NCBI RefSeq assembly: GCF_964188315.1
Contig: NC_135671.1
Span: forward strand, 38,006,001 to 38,070,000
Length of the DNA stretch: 64,000 nucleotides
Origin: Podarcis muralis
Lineage: Eukaryota
Reading direction: 5' to 3'
How positions within the stretch are numbered: position 1 is the stretch's first letter; the number at the start of each line of letters is the position of its first letter. The position numbers and the translations under genes were made by a program. Below the pieces are notes generated by a model that worked only from the letters and a program-made list of their open reading frames with translations, was not told the DNA's origin and searched no databases. Below, one piece after another: positions 1 to 12,552 of the stretch.

Positions 1-384
1 AGCAGGGCCCGCTCAGTAATGGCACCAGTTCCCTGGAAAACTTGCCCTAAAAGCTAACCAAGTTCCTATAGTGTTGGCTTTCTTAGCAAAAAACACAACA
101 CAACACAAAACAAAACAAAAAACAAAACACACTATGTTTTTAAAGAGTGTTTGGATAATCCTGCTGGTTTTAGAACTATCTTAATGTATTTTTAGTTTAC
201 TGTATTTTAATTGTTCTTAAATGCTTGCATCCCATTAATGTGCCTGCCTTGGGAACAATATTTGGGGGCCTAAAGGCAGGGCATAAATGAAAGTTAATGA
301 GATGAAAGGAGATTCCTGGGAATGGAGGAATACACAGAGCAGGTATCTAACCAAGGTAGGCTAGGAATCTAAAGAGTCATGTAC

Positions 385-3300
385 CCGTGAGGGCCGCAGA
401 GCAGTCAGGATGGCCGTGTAGGGGATGTCCTCTGACTGAAGAGCACTCAAAACCTGTCCAAGAATTTCATCTGCAAGGAGAAATCTTGTTTTAGAAAGAG
501 AAACTCTCCAAAGGCTAGAGACTCCCACTTACGAAAGCACAAGCCCATGAAAAACCTTCAGTCCTACGCAGCACTACTTGTAACCTAAGAATCCAGCCTC
601 ATTTATAAATGCACCAAACTTCTTGGCTTTCCTATAAGACTGGTGTCCCTTCTCAGAGAACAACAGTCACTTTACAGCTATGGCTCATTTGCATGCATTA
701 ATTCACAGAGAAATATGCAGATTCTAGTTGCTCCCCCACTCCCTATTTACTGAACATATATCCTGCCCTTCTTCCTGAAGGAGCCGAAGACCTCAAACTG
801 CGAGGCAACAAATACCCACCCAGAAAGCTAAATGCAAGGCCAGACGTTCCAAGCAGCGACCTCTCAACCCAAACTCAGCCCCATCCTAAAAGCTTCCAAA
901 CAACCCCGCTCCACAATGCTCACCATTGCTGGTTAGAACTTCCTTTGGGGCCATGAGACTAGAGCTGGAAGGTGGGGGGGGGGGGGAGGAGAGAGAAATA
1001 AGTTCTGTTATCTTCTTTATATAGGAAATGTCATCAATGCCATCCTAGCCGGTGGGACAGGTTTTTGTCATTAGTTCAATGGCATCTGTAACCATATTGC
1101 CTCTCCATGTACAATTATCTGGGACAGAAGAGAGTCCACAACCTTGGCAACTGAACGTACATTTTAAGACCATGCAGCGGACTGACGGGTTTGTTTGGAA
1201 CACTAGGGCAGCCATCCTTGACCTGATGTCCTCCAGATGTTTTAGGCTACAATCCCCATCAGCCCCAGCCAGCATGGCTAATCAGGCATGGTGGGAGGGC
1301 AGCCGGATGGAGAAGGCTGTTCTAAGGGAAGTATAATATACACTTGGGAACAGGGAGTTCTGAAGCAGTAAATGAGGGATGTGTCCACATACCCTATAAG
1401 AACAGGAAAGTACAAGTGCCAAGACACAATGGCAGGCTAGAAGACATTAAGATCTTGGGGTGCCAAGGGGTGTCAACCGTGAGAGCTGGAAACTTGCTCT
1501 TTCAAAGTTAAAATAACGTAAGTTTCTCAGAATGTTAAATTTCATGCTAAACAGCATGCTTTGTTCTTTGGAAGTTAACCTCACAGACACAGGAATACAC
1601 CAGGGCAGCTCATGCATTAGGGGAGGTAAAGCAAGTTGCTTCAGTGTAAGATCCACTCACATCGCTGTGCTGCTGCCAGCCCCACCAGGGCTTCATCTGC
1701 ACTGCTAACATGGCCCCAATGCCTTCACCATTGCACCCTTACCGCTGCTGTTGCATTGTGGCAGCAACGCAGCCACGGGTACAGTTGTGGTGATGGGGTT
1801 GGCAGTAGCGCAGGCATGATAGTGGGGGCATGGAGGGGGCCCAGACCTGTTGGGGAGGCCATTGTTGTGGGGCTGGGCAGAAGATTCCACTTTGCATCCA
1901 GTGCCATGGGGCCCCTTGGCAACGTAAGGAAATGTACTATGGAGCTGGTTACAAACCCCGTGGCATACGGCAGTCGTATCAACAGCAGGGCTGGCAGGCT
2001 GGCGTTGAGCCGCAGCTCCTGCAGGGTGTTCTGATCGACGTGAAGAGGAGATATGCCCAGCTTGGCCTTCAAGAAGGCGGGGACAGCACTGGCTGCAAAC
2101 CAATCCACAGATGGAAGCACCAAGGACGACGGAGCGGCACCAAGCGCATTCTGTCAAAAAGACACGGTTAAGAGTTAGAGCCAGAGCCATAGGATTTCCT
2201 AAGGCAAACAGCATGCCTGCCCCAGCCTGGTGCTTTCCAGATAATGTCAGACAACAACACCCATCATCAATTGCCACACGGCTGTGGATGGAATTCAGAG
2301 CTCATTCTGAGACATGTTTTGAAACAACTAGCCCATTCAAGCAGAGAATGAGCCAGAAACTGCTACGTCTTTCAGCCAAGTCAATGGAGAGGCCCTGCAT
2401 TCCCATCTCTCCCTCTGCTATTGTCTGATAGAACGGCTGCTGCTAGATGACCGTGGAGGCAGGAGCCAGGTCAACTACTAAAGGCCAGCATGACAATCTA
2501 CTGATTCCTAGCATAAAGTAATTTTTAAAACTGTTTCTAAGAAGAAGGTAGCGGTTCCATGACCAATGCATGTGATGTTCAGCTCATGCACTGGCTGTTT
2601 CACTGTTTCCAAGGACATCATTCCATACAACAGTGAATCATTTCCATCTCTAGAAAGAACTTCTCTAAAGCCAGGAGTTAGGTTTTGTGCAACACACTTT
2701 TGAAGCATTTCAGAATCCTACCCTGATGAAAAATATTAAGCATCTTCAGCAGGGTATTCTATGTTTCTTTTATATTTAGATTTGTAATTTCCTTTCCAAA
2801 AATATAATTTATTTAGGTTTCTCACACACCTTGGGTTCTTTGGAAGAGCCAAGATCCAGCAAAGCCTTTGACAGCTTAGAAACAAGTTATTATTGTGTTA
2901 TCTTTTATTTAATTCAGAAGAGAGGTACAGAGAGGAAATGTACATGTATTTAATTTTTTCTCAGACCTACACCCAACTGTTGGCATCTTCCAATTCTAGC
3001 CAATACAAAACTTGGTTAGAACTTGTTAACGTTGTAGCTAGAATAAAGTATAATCAAAGTTTTATTCCACACTTTGTCCAAGGATGCAAGTTTCTCCCCC
3101 ATCCCCCAGCTCAAGTTATTTTTCTTCACTTTATCCTCTAATCCAGCCTTTCTCAACCTTGGGTCCCAAGACATTGCTGTACTACAACCCCCATCTTCCC
3201 TGACCACTGGTCCTGCTGGCTAGGGATGAGATTTGGGGACATTTGGAGACCCAAAGTTGATAAAGATTGCTGCAACCTAAGGAAGTGGAACATGTGTCCC

Positions 3301-6300
3301 TTAACATGTTGATGGACTACAAAGCCCATTATCCCTCTCTACTGGCCATGCTGGCTGAAGCTGATGGCAGCTGGAGCCTAACAACATCTGAAGGGCCCGT
3401 ATGCCAACAGAGGATCAAAGAGCAGAGTGAGATGCTCCATCTTACACTGCAGACCATGGAAAGAGGAGGAATGGGAAAAGCACAACCCTAGTTAGCTGTA
3501 CCAGAACTTGAATTTACAATTGCTCTTAAAGTTCCTCTTTTTTATTTATATTCTTGGCACAGCACTGCAGTGCAGTGGCCCATCAAAAGTATAGACGTAT
3601 ATATAAAAGCAGGGAGAGACACGGGCAACTTGCCTAAAGTATAGCTCCCCATTTCTCACTTACCTCCAGATTGGGGAAGGCACTGTCTGGCTTGTTTCCA
3701 AAAACCCCTCCATAGGCTGTGAAATCCTCAACACTGAGCTGGGAGAGAAGATTGATTTTTTAAAACTTTTTAAAAGTACAATTTTTAATGTTTCACAGTG
3801 ATGCTTTTGTACTGTGTTTAAAAATATTTTTTCATTCCGATTGTTGTTCAAACACACAGAACAAAGAAAAAACTAGGAGCAGCTTTTGACAGCAAGCACT
3901 CTGCAGGCTCCCAAACCCTCCAGATTAGAAGCAGCCTAGCTTCTCCTGCCTCCATCTTATATTTTCCCCCAATCATGTTAACAAACAAATGCAAAAAACA
4001 GCCTAGCCACAATTCATCATCAGAGGAACTAGCAAAGAGAAGGGGGGGGGGTGATAAATGGAATGAGGAAGTGATAAATAGAGAGTCATGAGACACCCAA
4101 TTCACATGACCAGCAGAAAAAAGTTTCTTCTCCTTTATGCTGTACAAGCTCTGAAAAGACTACAAGCACCTCTTTTTGCTCAAGCCCCAAATGGATGAAA
4201 TGGGTGGAAACAGCCCTTTGGACAATTATTGAATTATGCAGTTGAAAAAAAGGCCATTTCCAGAAGATAATTCCGACCTCTAAAATGAGAACTAGATTAA
4301 GTGGGGGAGAGGTGGCTGAAGGGTATGCCTGCGGTAAAAAGTGAATTACCGTATTTTTCGTCCTATAGGGCGCACCGGCCCATAGGAAGCACCTCGGTTT
4401 TGGGGAGGAAAATGAATAAAAAAACTTTATTTTCCCCCCCAGCCGCAGCTGCCGCCCCAAGCCTTGCGCACACCCGCCCAAAGCACGGGGAGCCCTCCGT
4501 AGGGCTCCCCGTGCTTCAGGCTGCTGCCCACAAGCCTTGTGAGCCCGCGGGAACCCCCGCCGGGCTTGCAAGGCTTGCGGATAGCTTCCTGAAGCCTGGA
4601 GAGCGAGAGGGGTCGGTGCGCACCGATGCCTCTCGCTCTCCAGGCTTCAGCGAAAGCCTCCATTTGCCCCATAGGACGCACACACATTTCCCCTTCATTT
4701 TTGGAGGGGGGAAAGTGCGTCCTATGGGGCGAAAAATACGGTAATTGAAAACTGCCAAGCCAGTTAATGGCTCCCAACCATAAAAGAGCCAAGCGTGTTT
4801 AGCTTGGAGAAGAGGAGATTAAGGGGAAACATGACAGTGGTCTCCAAATATCTGAAGGGGTGTCATGCAGAAGATGAAGCAAGCTTTTTCTCTGCTGGAT
4901 GGAAATTGCAGGGAAGCAGATTTTGACTAAATAGCGGAAGAAACTTCCTGTTGGTGAGAGCTATTTAGGCAGAAGCTGGATGGCCATCTGCCAGGGATGC
5001 TGCCATTGCCTCCTGCACTGCACAGCCTACACTGAGCACAGGTTTGAGCTAAATGACCTCCATAATTCTACAAACTCGCAGTCACAACAAACCCCAGGGT
5101 TCCTTAGGAAGGAAAACTTTTCACTGAAGATCTGCATCTGTGGTGCATTTGTGTCCTCAGCAAAGAGTTCTGCCAGGGGCCAGACTCACTTTCTCCTGAA
5201 GGAACAGCAGCACGTTGTGAGGTCCACCGTCTAGTGCAGAGTCCAGTAAAGCTGCAAGCTGAGTTTCTGTCACCACATGGCCCTCATGTGGGACTGCCAA
5301 GGGAGACCATAAGGAGCTGGATTCACAAAAGGAAGAGAGACACACACAGTGAGAAAGGGATAGACACAGAAACAGGGTCATAAAAAGAGCAGTTGTGATT
5401 ACATAGATTGTCTTTTATTTCACAGGTGCCATCTCCCTACTCTTAGACTAGCAGATAGGAAAACATTCGTACCTTGGACTTCCAAAACGTTTGAAAACCA
5501 AATCACAGCTTCTGATTGGCTGCAGGAAGCTCAATCAAGGCAACTCATTGCAGCCAATCAGAAGCTATGGAAGCCCTATCAGACGTTTGGATTCCAAAAG
5601 AATGTTCACAAACCGGAACAATCACTTCCGGGTTTGCAGTGTTCGGGAGCCGAAACATCCGAGTTCCAGGGCGTTCGGGATCCAAGGTACGACTGTATAT
5701 TTGTCTGTTTTATGAGGACTGAAGGGCTACTTCACCCATTAGAAAACAAAGGGCAGAGAAACCCAATGAAGGTTTGTGTTCACTATATGGCTCCTGATGA
5801 GGCCAACTCAGGCCCCATCTACACTCTGCCGTATATTTAATGCAATATCATACTGCTTTAAACAGTCATGGCTCCCCCCCCCCCAAGCATCCTAGGAAAT
5901 GTTTGCAGAGTTCTTCGAAAAGAGGGATTGACTGCTAAACCACTTTGAGAATTGGAGCTCTGTAAAAGAAATGGGGGTTTGTGTGTGTCTCCAAACAACC
6001 CTCAACATGCTTTACAAACTGCAGCTCCCAGGATGCTTCGTGAGAAGCCCCAATGGTTTTGATGATGCTTTAAATGTATAGTGCAGATGTGGCCTTAGTG
6101 TTCAAAGTTATGTGCCACGTGCAGGCTGGGTTCAAACCCCCAGCTCAACCATATTCTCAGTGGGGAAATCACCATTGTTAGCTTCTACAACTGAAAAATG
6201 AGAACAAATTACACAACTCTAAGGAGGAGCAAGACAGTGCAGTATCAAATATCTTCTCTAAAACCTGGATTCTACTTAAACAAAAAGGGTGGTGGTGGTA

Positions 6301-8788
6301 GAAAAACCAAATGCCAATCCTTCTCACACCCACACCAGGTTGGTTACTAAATGTTTCAAGGACACAAACACTTCTGCACGTGCACAGTCTTAATCAGACT
6401 CTGGTCAACTGACCAAGGGTTTTTCATCTAAGGCAGACTTCTGCAGTCTAGTGCCCTCCAAATGATTTGGAGTACAATACCCATGTTGGCTGGGGATGAT
6501 AGGAGTTGTAGTCCATAATATCTGGAGAGCACCAGACTGAGCTCAGGGCAGTCCAAAGAAACCTTTTTTAATTCTCAATTCAACCTCCAATACAATTTCT
6601 CAATTTAGAACTGTAGCTCCCCCTTGCCAGGGAAAAGAGAAAATTAAAGAGAGTCAGAAAATATCAAAGATATAGGTGTCAGAAGGAGAAAATGAAGCGA
6701 AACAGGGAAATATTAAATCAGCATCGTGTGAAATGAGGAGGGACACCAAGGAAAACAAATTTACCTTTAGGTCCTAAGTAGGAGTATTATACCAAAGCTG
6801 TAGTCCTATACCCACTTATCTGCAACTAAGCCACACTCAACTCAATGGGACTTGCTTTCATGTATATAAAGCTCAGCTGTATAGTACTACTTTGGGAAAG
6901 CAAGCACATCACACGCGAACCAATACCCTGCCAATCCAGTGTCAAAGATGCCACAGCTCAGGTAGCCTCTTTGCCACCTTTGATGCAAGACATGATTTAT
7001 GAACGATTTACCCCAAAGGTGGGATCCTGCCATTATCTGTATGTTGCTCTTTCCTGTCCCTTCCATACTTTGACAATTCAAGTATTTTGTTTTGTGGTAC
7101 ACACCTTTTTATTGAATTTATACAATAAATTCTGTTACATTTGTTATGGTTTTACTTGTTTTATCATTGCAACTGTTTTATCTGTTTTCATAATTGTACA
7201 TTGGATGGTCGTTAGAGGTCTTGGGGTCTTGCGGTGAAAGGCAGATAAGAAATCTTTAAAATAACAGGACATCATAATAGTCATCATTATTATTGTGAGC
7301 CTGCAGTGCCAAATGAAGACCAGTCTGCTGCTGTTTTTCTAACTATGAGTTGCTCAATTGCCCCGTTTTATAAAGCATTTGCTACATTATGCTTTTGGAG
7401 TGTGTGAGGGAATAGCAATGTGCTCAAATACAATTATGATTCTTAATTACAAATGTGTCTAGAGACTTTAAAAGCTGGGGTTCTCTATAATCCCTGGCTA
7501 CATGTATTTAGAACTGGCAAACATTTTTGCCACTATAAAGCAGTTGTGAGACTGACAGCCTTCTCCAGATGGCCAAAGGATGAACTAGGGAGCAAATTTG
7601 AATTGGCTCTTTCCCCTTTTAGCATTTAGCCTTGCTTGTCCCTGTGGCTGGGCTGATAAGAACACACTTCAATGAACAAGGCAACCCAATGGGCCACTCT
7701 AGTTCGTCAATGCCATGCCAAGAGCCCTAGAACCAGCCTTCCACCCTACCCTAGGAGTGTGCATTTCTACTCTTACTCTCCAGTAGACATCACAGTACCC
7801 ACTGACCTCACTATATTGCAGGGCTAGATCCATAACCCACCACATACACAGAAGAAAGTCCCAACCTGTCATTCTTGAGTTACAAACTCACACATCAACC
7901 ACCCCTCTCTGTGATGAAGAATGTTTCATGCTGTCCAGTACCAGAAATTTTACTCTTGGCTAACTCTGGTTTTGCAATGCATTTATGTACCTAAACCTAG
8001 ATTTGGGTGCAGCTCATTATGGGAAAGCGGAGTATAAGTGAACCAATCAATCAGAAAAGCCACCAAACTCTGCACTCAAGGCAGCTCATGAACAAACCTG
8101 CCAGACAACAACACCTTTGCAAACATGCATTTGTGTTACGTTTCAAGTGCAGTGCAGCACATTTTCAATACCTGAAGCCGCTAGTGTGCACAAGGGCAAC
8201 CCAGAGCAACTGAAGAGACACTGGGTCAGTGGTTCGCAAGCTTTTCTTGTCTGGGCCATACAGTACTTTCAGAATAGAAACTTGCTTGTGACACACCGAA
8301 TACATTGGAAAACAAAAGCAAACAACTCCTGGCAGTGCTTGATTTATAACCCAGAACACAACTGCTTTATAATATGATCATGGGGCATCTAGAGAGCACA
8401 AAACAATGCAGCTACATAAGAACATGAATCATTACATTAAGCAGAGCTTCAACTCAGGGTTTGTGGGCATAAGATTCCTGCACTGCGAGGACCCTCGCGG
8501 TCCCTTCCAACTCTATTGATTCCCTAAATATAGTGTTTGCCCTTGAATCTTCCCCCCTTGGAGAACCGCTACATTCAGAGAAACAGCCGAGTTGCCCGTG
8601 CGCATCAAGCCCTCTGCGGATCTGCCCCCGGCCGAGGCCAGCCTCACCGCGCCGCCGCCCCCCCCCAGCCCAGGGCCGCCCACCTACCTGCGGCTGCACC
8701 AAGCCACCAAGGGCACCTGCCCTGTCTGCGCGGACACCAGACCCAGCAGCGCCAGCAGAAGAAGCCCGGCCGCCTCCCGCACCGCCAT
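385..8788 (-). CDS. ATP6AP1: V-type ATPase accessory subunit S1 (Ac45), exons 1-6; remaining exons lie off the left edge
   Basis: GT-AG exons 8688-8788 ([33 protein letters not shown]), 5190-5316 ([24 protein letters not shown]), 3664-3738 ([25 protein letters not shown]), 1957-2150 ([32 protein letters not shown]), 924-964 ([14 protein letters not shown]), 385-470 ([28 protein letters not shown]). Phases join in frame; sizes 127/75/194/41/86 match human exons 2-6 as recalled. Confidence 0.96.
4349..4741. mobile_element. Tc1/mariner-superfamily (Tc2/pogo-like) MITE
   Basis: TA|CCGTATTTTTCGTCCTATAGGGCGCAC..GTGCGTCCTATGGGGCGAAAAATACGG|TA. Confidence 0.85.
4790..5060 (+). mobile_element. CR1 LINE 3' fragment
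   Basis: Translates [23 protein letters not shown]. Confidence 0.8.
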
Positions 8789-8789
8789 C

Positions 8790-9180
8790 TTGCCTTCCCT
8801 GCTTCCTTGCTCCTTCCAGCAACAACGCTTCCCCTGCGCGCCCCAGCCAATCAGGACGCCGGGGGAAGCGACGCCCGGGAAGGCAGCCAGTCAGGTCGCG
8901 AGGCGGGACCAGCGGCAGCCAATGGGAGCCGCCTGCTCCGCGCTGTTTCCTCCTCCGCCACCCGGCCTCCCACTTCCTGCCCTTCTCGCCCCTGTTCGGC
9001 AAAACCCGCAGCTCCGCGGATTCAGTCCCGTCCGCTGTCGCGCGTTTGGCCCGGCGAGAGGCCGGCGCAGGCGGGGGAAGCCGAGCGTCGTGGCGCTTCG
9101 CCAGCTTTGGCCGCAGTGACGCAGGCCTCGGCCACGTCCCAGGTTGTGGGGCTGCCCTTGGCGGGTGCGCTGACCTGGCT
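8790..9180 (-). promoter_or_regulatory. CpG-island promoter of ATP6AP1
   Basis: CpG-rich ~8600-9180; CCAAT boxes (~8846, ~8918), ETS-like CACTTCCTG (~8970), YY1-like AAGATGGCGG overlapping the start codon. Confidence 0.75.
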
Positions 9181-9182
9181 GG

Positions 9183-9314
9183 TTATCCCAACCTTGGGCC
9201 TCCAGCTGTTTTTGGACTACAACTCCCATCATCCCTAGCTAGCAAGACCAGTGGTCAGGGATGATGGGAATTGTAGTTCAAAAACAGCTGGAGGCCCAAG
9301 GTTGGGAAACACTG
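9183..9314. mobile_element. Palindromic ~130-bp hAT-type MITE
   Basis: Near-perfect inverted arms CCCAACCTTGGGCCTCCAGCTGTTTTTGGACTACAACTCCCATCATCCCT / AGGGATGATGGGAATTGTAGTTCAAAAACAGCTGGAGGCCCAAGGTTGGG; degenerate relatives near 3144-3260, 21500-21620, 31490-31600, 37020-37140. Confidence 0.75.
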
Positions 9315-9614
9315 ATCTAGGGAGAACACGGCTCCCTTGCTATAAATGCTCATAAATGTACCAACCAAGCAGTATATAGATATGTGGACCACATGTCTGG
9401 AGCAGCACAGGAAGACCGCCCTGAAACCATTTTGACTCCCAAACTGACCAAATGTTTTCTCTGCAAGGAGGGAGGGGGTGAGGGAACCTTCCCATTGTCT
9501 CAGGAATTGGGTAATCACCATCTCAAAGGAATGGGCAGACTACCAGGAAAGGCAATCAGATAAGGCATTATCAGATAACCTGGCAGACAGGGAAAACAAC
9601 AACTTTCAAATTTC

Positions 9615-10203
9615 TGTTGTAGACCGCCTTTTCTGTGATGTAGGTATGATGTTTGTGGGGGGCGGTCTTGGGTTACACCCCTTCTGTGATGAATGTACAG
9701 TGGTACCTTGGGCTAAGTACTTAATTCATTCCAGAGGTCCGTTCTTAACCTGAAACTGTTCTTAAACTGAAGCACCACTTTAGCTAATGGGGCCTCCCGC
9801 TGCTGCCGCGCCGTCAGAGCATGATTTCTGTTCTCATCCTGAAGCAAAGTTCTTAACCCGAGGTACTATTTCTGGGTTAACGGAGTCTGTAACCTGAAGC
9901 GTATGTAACCCAAGGTACCACTATATGATGTATGGATGGGTGGTCTTGAGCTCCGGGGCAGGGTATTTAAGATGTCTATATAAGGGCAGGCACACCTTTG
10001 TTCGGGGTCCTCCTCTTTTCCTGCGTGTGGGGGGAGCAACCTGTTGCAACAGTTCAATAAAGATCAGGCTTACTAGCTGCTTTGCTTCTCAATATTCTCT
10101 GCTTGGCCTGTTATTTTCTCCTACCGATGGAGAACCTACAAAGGACTCTATAAGGGCTCTTGTGTCCCCCATAAGGGAATAAGGGCAGATTTTGTTTACA
10201 ACA
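9615..10203 (+). mobile_element. Probable solo LTR interrupted by MITE copy 1
   Basis: Inverted termini TGTTGTA..TACAACA; TATA-like motif then AATAAA; no TSD found. Confidence 0.55.
9698..9923. mobile_element. Tc1/mariner (pogo/Tigger-like) MITE, copy 1
   Basis: TIR CAGTGGTACCTYGG..GGTACCACT; TA flanks; ~225 bp. Confidence 0.85.
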
Positions 10204-11301
10204 CTAGAATACTCTCCTCAGAGAGGCTCGCTTGGCACCTTCATTACTGTACATATACTGTATTTGACTCATTAACATCCTATGGCCTTTGTCTGTGGAA
10301 GGGGGGTTATTAGAGGTTGTTTTTTACTTCCACTTTTGTTTTATTATGTTTTTTTGTGTTTTCATCTGTATTTTAATGTTGTGAACTGTGATCTTCGGAT
10401 CAGGGGCAGTATACAAATTTAATCAGTAAAATAACAATAATAGAACAGCTCCACTGCCTACTGATCTGTTTCCACTTATAATTCAAAGTGCTGGTTATGA
10501 CCTATAGAGCCCCATACAGCTTGAAGACCAGACTATCTGAAAGGCCATATTCCCTCATACAAACCTGCCTAGGTTCTGAGATCTTCGGGGCAGGCCCTTC
10601 ACTTGGTCCCACCACCCTCACAGACATACTTGGTGGAGATGCAGGATAGGACCTTCTTGGTTGTGGCTGATACCATAAGCTTGCCACTACTCCACCCACC
10701 CTTATAAAAGGAAGTTTGCTTCTATGGATGGGATGGCTGTTGTTAGCCAAGATGCAGCACCATATGGAAACAAGCCCACACTTCAGCAGAAAAAGAAATA
10801 AAAACTGCACTGGATTGGAAAGAGACAAAGATTTTCCAGAATCAGCTGAAAATCAAAACAGTAGTGGTACCTAAAGTGGCCACGTCACTGAGGTGCATCA
10901 GGCCAAGGAAGCTGCCTAACTGCATGAGTCCTCTGGGCAAGAACTAGTGCAGATTCTTCCAGCACTTCATGAATCAGGCCACAAATATCTGACTGTCTCC
11001 TTCCCTATGAACCCTCTCAGGTGTTAAGGTCAGCAGAGGGTCGTCATACTCAGAAGTTGGGGACTGGGTGGCGGCCCAGAAGAGAGCAATCTTTTCAGGC
11101 TGTGGAATCCCCTCCCCAGGGAGCTGCATCTGGCAGATTTCATTACGACACAGCTCTTTATCCTGGCCTTTTGACACCCGAGATATTTTTCAGGACCTGC
11201 TCTAATTGCATTTTTAAAAACTGTTTTCAATAGATTTACATTGTTGTAACCTGTCCTGAGACCTGATGGTGAAGGACAGGTAAGAAATATTATTATTATT
11301 A

Positions 11302-11528
11302 CAGTGGTACCTCGGGTTAAGAACTTAATTCGTTCTGGAGGTCCGTTCTTAACCTGAAACTGTTCTTAACCTGAAGCACCACTTTAGCTAATGGGGCCTC
11401 CTGCTCCCGCTGCGCCGCCAGAGCACGATTTCTTTTCTCATCCTGAAGCAAAAGTTCTTAACCCGAGCTAATATTTTTGGGTTAGCGGAGTCTGTAACCT
11501 GAAGCGTATGTAACCCGAGGTACCACTG
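11302..11528. mobile_element. Same MITE family, copy 2
   Basis: TA|CAGTGGTACCTCGGG..CCGAGGTACCACTG|TA. Confidence 0.85.
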
Positions 11529-11650
11529 TACTGCTGAAAAGGGAAGGTCCATCCTGGCCAGTGTCATCAGAATCATCTTCCCTCACTCTCCACTGCCCAC
11601 AGTGGTAAGTCAAATTGCAATGGGTATGTTCTGTGTGACACTTAAATCAC

Positions 11651-11658
<8 letters not shown>

Positions 11659-11689
<31 letters not shown>
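11659..11689. repeat. (GA)n microsatellite
   Basis: Direct inspection. Confidence 0.9.
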
Positions 11690-11695
<6 letters not shown>

Positions 11696-12011
11696 GTGAA
11701 GAGAGAAGCCTTGACAACTTTCTAGCACAATGTCTCCTCTGGTCAGCAGGAGGGAGGCATTTTCCTTGACACTAAACCACAGCCTTCCTCAGCCTGGCAT
11801 CCTCTAAATGTTTTGCACTACAAATCCCATCAGCCACCTGGCTGGGAAAGGCTCCTATAAACAGAGGCGAACTGATATAAACAGCTGAGGCATCCTTTGC
11901 ATGTGTCTCTTTCTGAACAAAGAACAGCATGTGCAGAGAGCCATCGCCAGTCCTACCCTCCTCCCAGCCACCAGAAGAACTCAGCACAGGCTGCAGCAGG
12001 GTTTAAAATCA

Positions 12012-12017
12012 TTTATT
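12012..12017 (-). terminator. Probable TAFAZZIN polyadenylation signal (AATAAA)
   Basis: TTTATT on the plus strand ~540 nt past the stop codon. Confidence 0.55.
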
Positions 12018-12552
12018 GGAAAATTGCCAAGTATAAAATCCACATTGGGGCCAATATTCTACAAAAAAGGAGAGAACTGACGGAATCAATCACCGATCCT
12101 TTCCAGCCCCCACTAAGCAATGCAGGCTGGTGCAAAAAGGGGGTCACTGCAAGGAGGGGCGGAGCCTGCTATACCGTCCCCTCCCTAGCTCCTCCCCTTG
12201 GTCCTGTATATCCATCACCCACAGCTGCCAGTCTGGGCCCAAGCTCCTTCCAGCACCTCTGCTTCTGGTCACAGGGAACTCCACATTCAATAGTCTTTCT
12301 GTGTTTCTCCCCTCCCTTTGGGAGGAAGCACAACAACAGAGCGTGAGACACACAGGTGGGGTTGGGGCTCCATGAGGTACGCAGAGAGCCTTCATCCATC
12401 TCTCTACATGCAATGCCAGTCCACTTGTGGCGTGGCATGGGCAACAGGTGGCAAAGTGGGAACGTCAGAGGTAGTCCATGCATCGTGTCGCACAGGACTG
12501 CACAATCCATGCTTTGGTGGAAGAGCTTCTGGTGCTCATCCCGTTCACATCG

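Noticed and set aside
1-60. Possible start of ATP6AP1 exon 7
   Set aside because: Candidate acceptors give no convincing match to the VARDV..GRQLL region
1447-1656. Minus ORF with [15 protein letters not shown], resembling the Tol2 C-terminus (LLFSPK..LNLRFYNFE)
   Set aside because: Spacing is wrong, no other transposase motif is nearby, and it lies in an ATP6AP1 intron; probably chance
8454-9264. Overlapping 175-243 aa Pro/Arg/Ala-rich ORFs
   Set aside because: Stop-poor CpG island; only 8688-8788 is supported as coding
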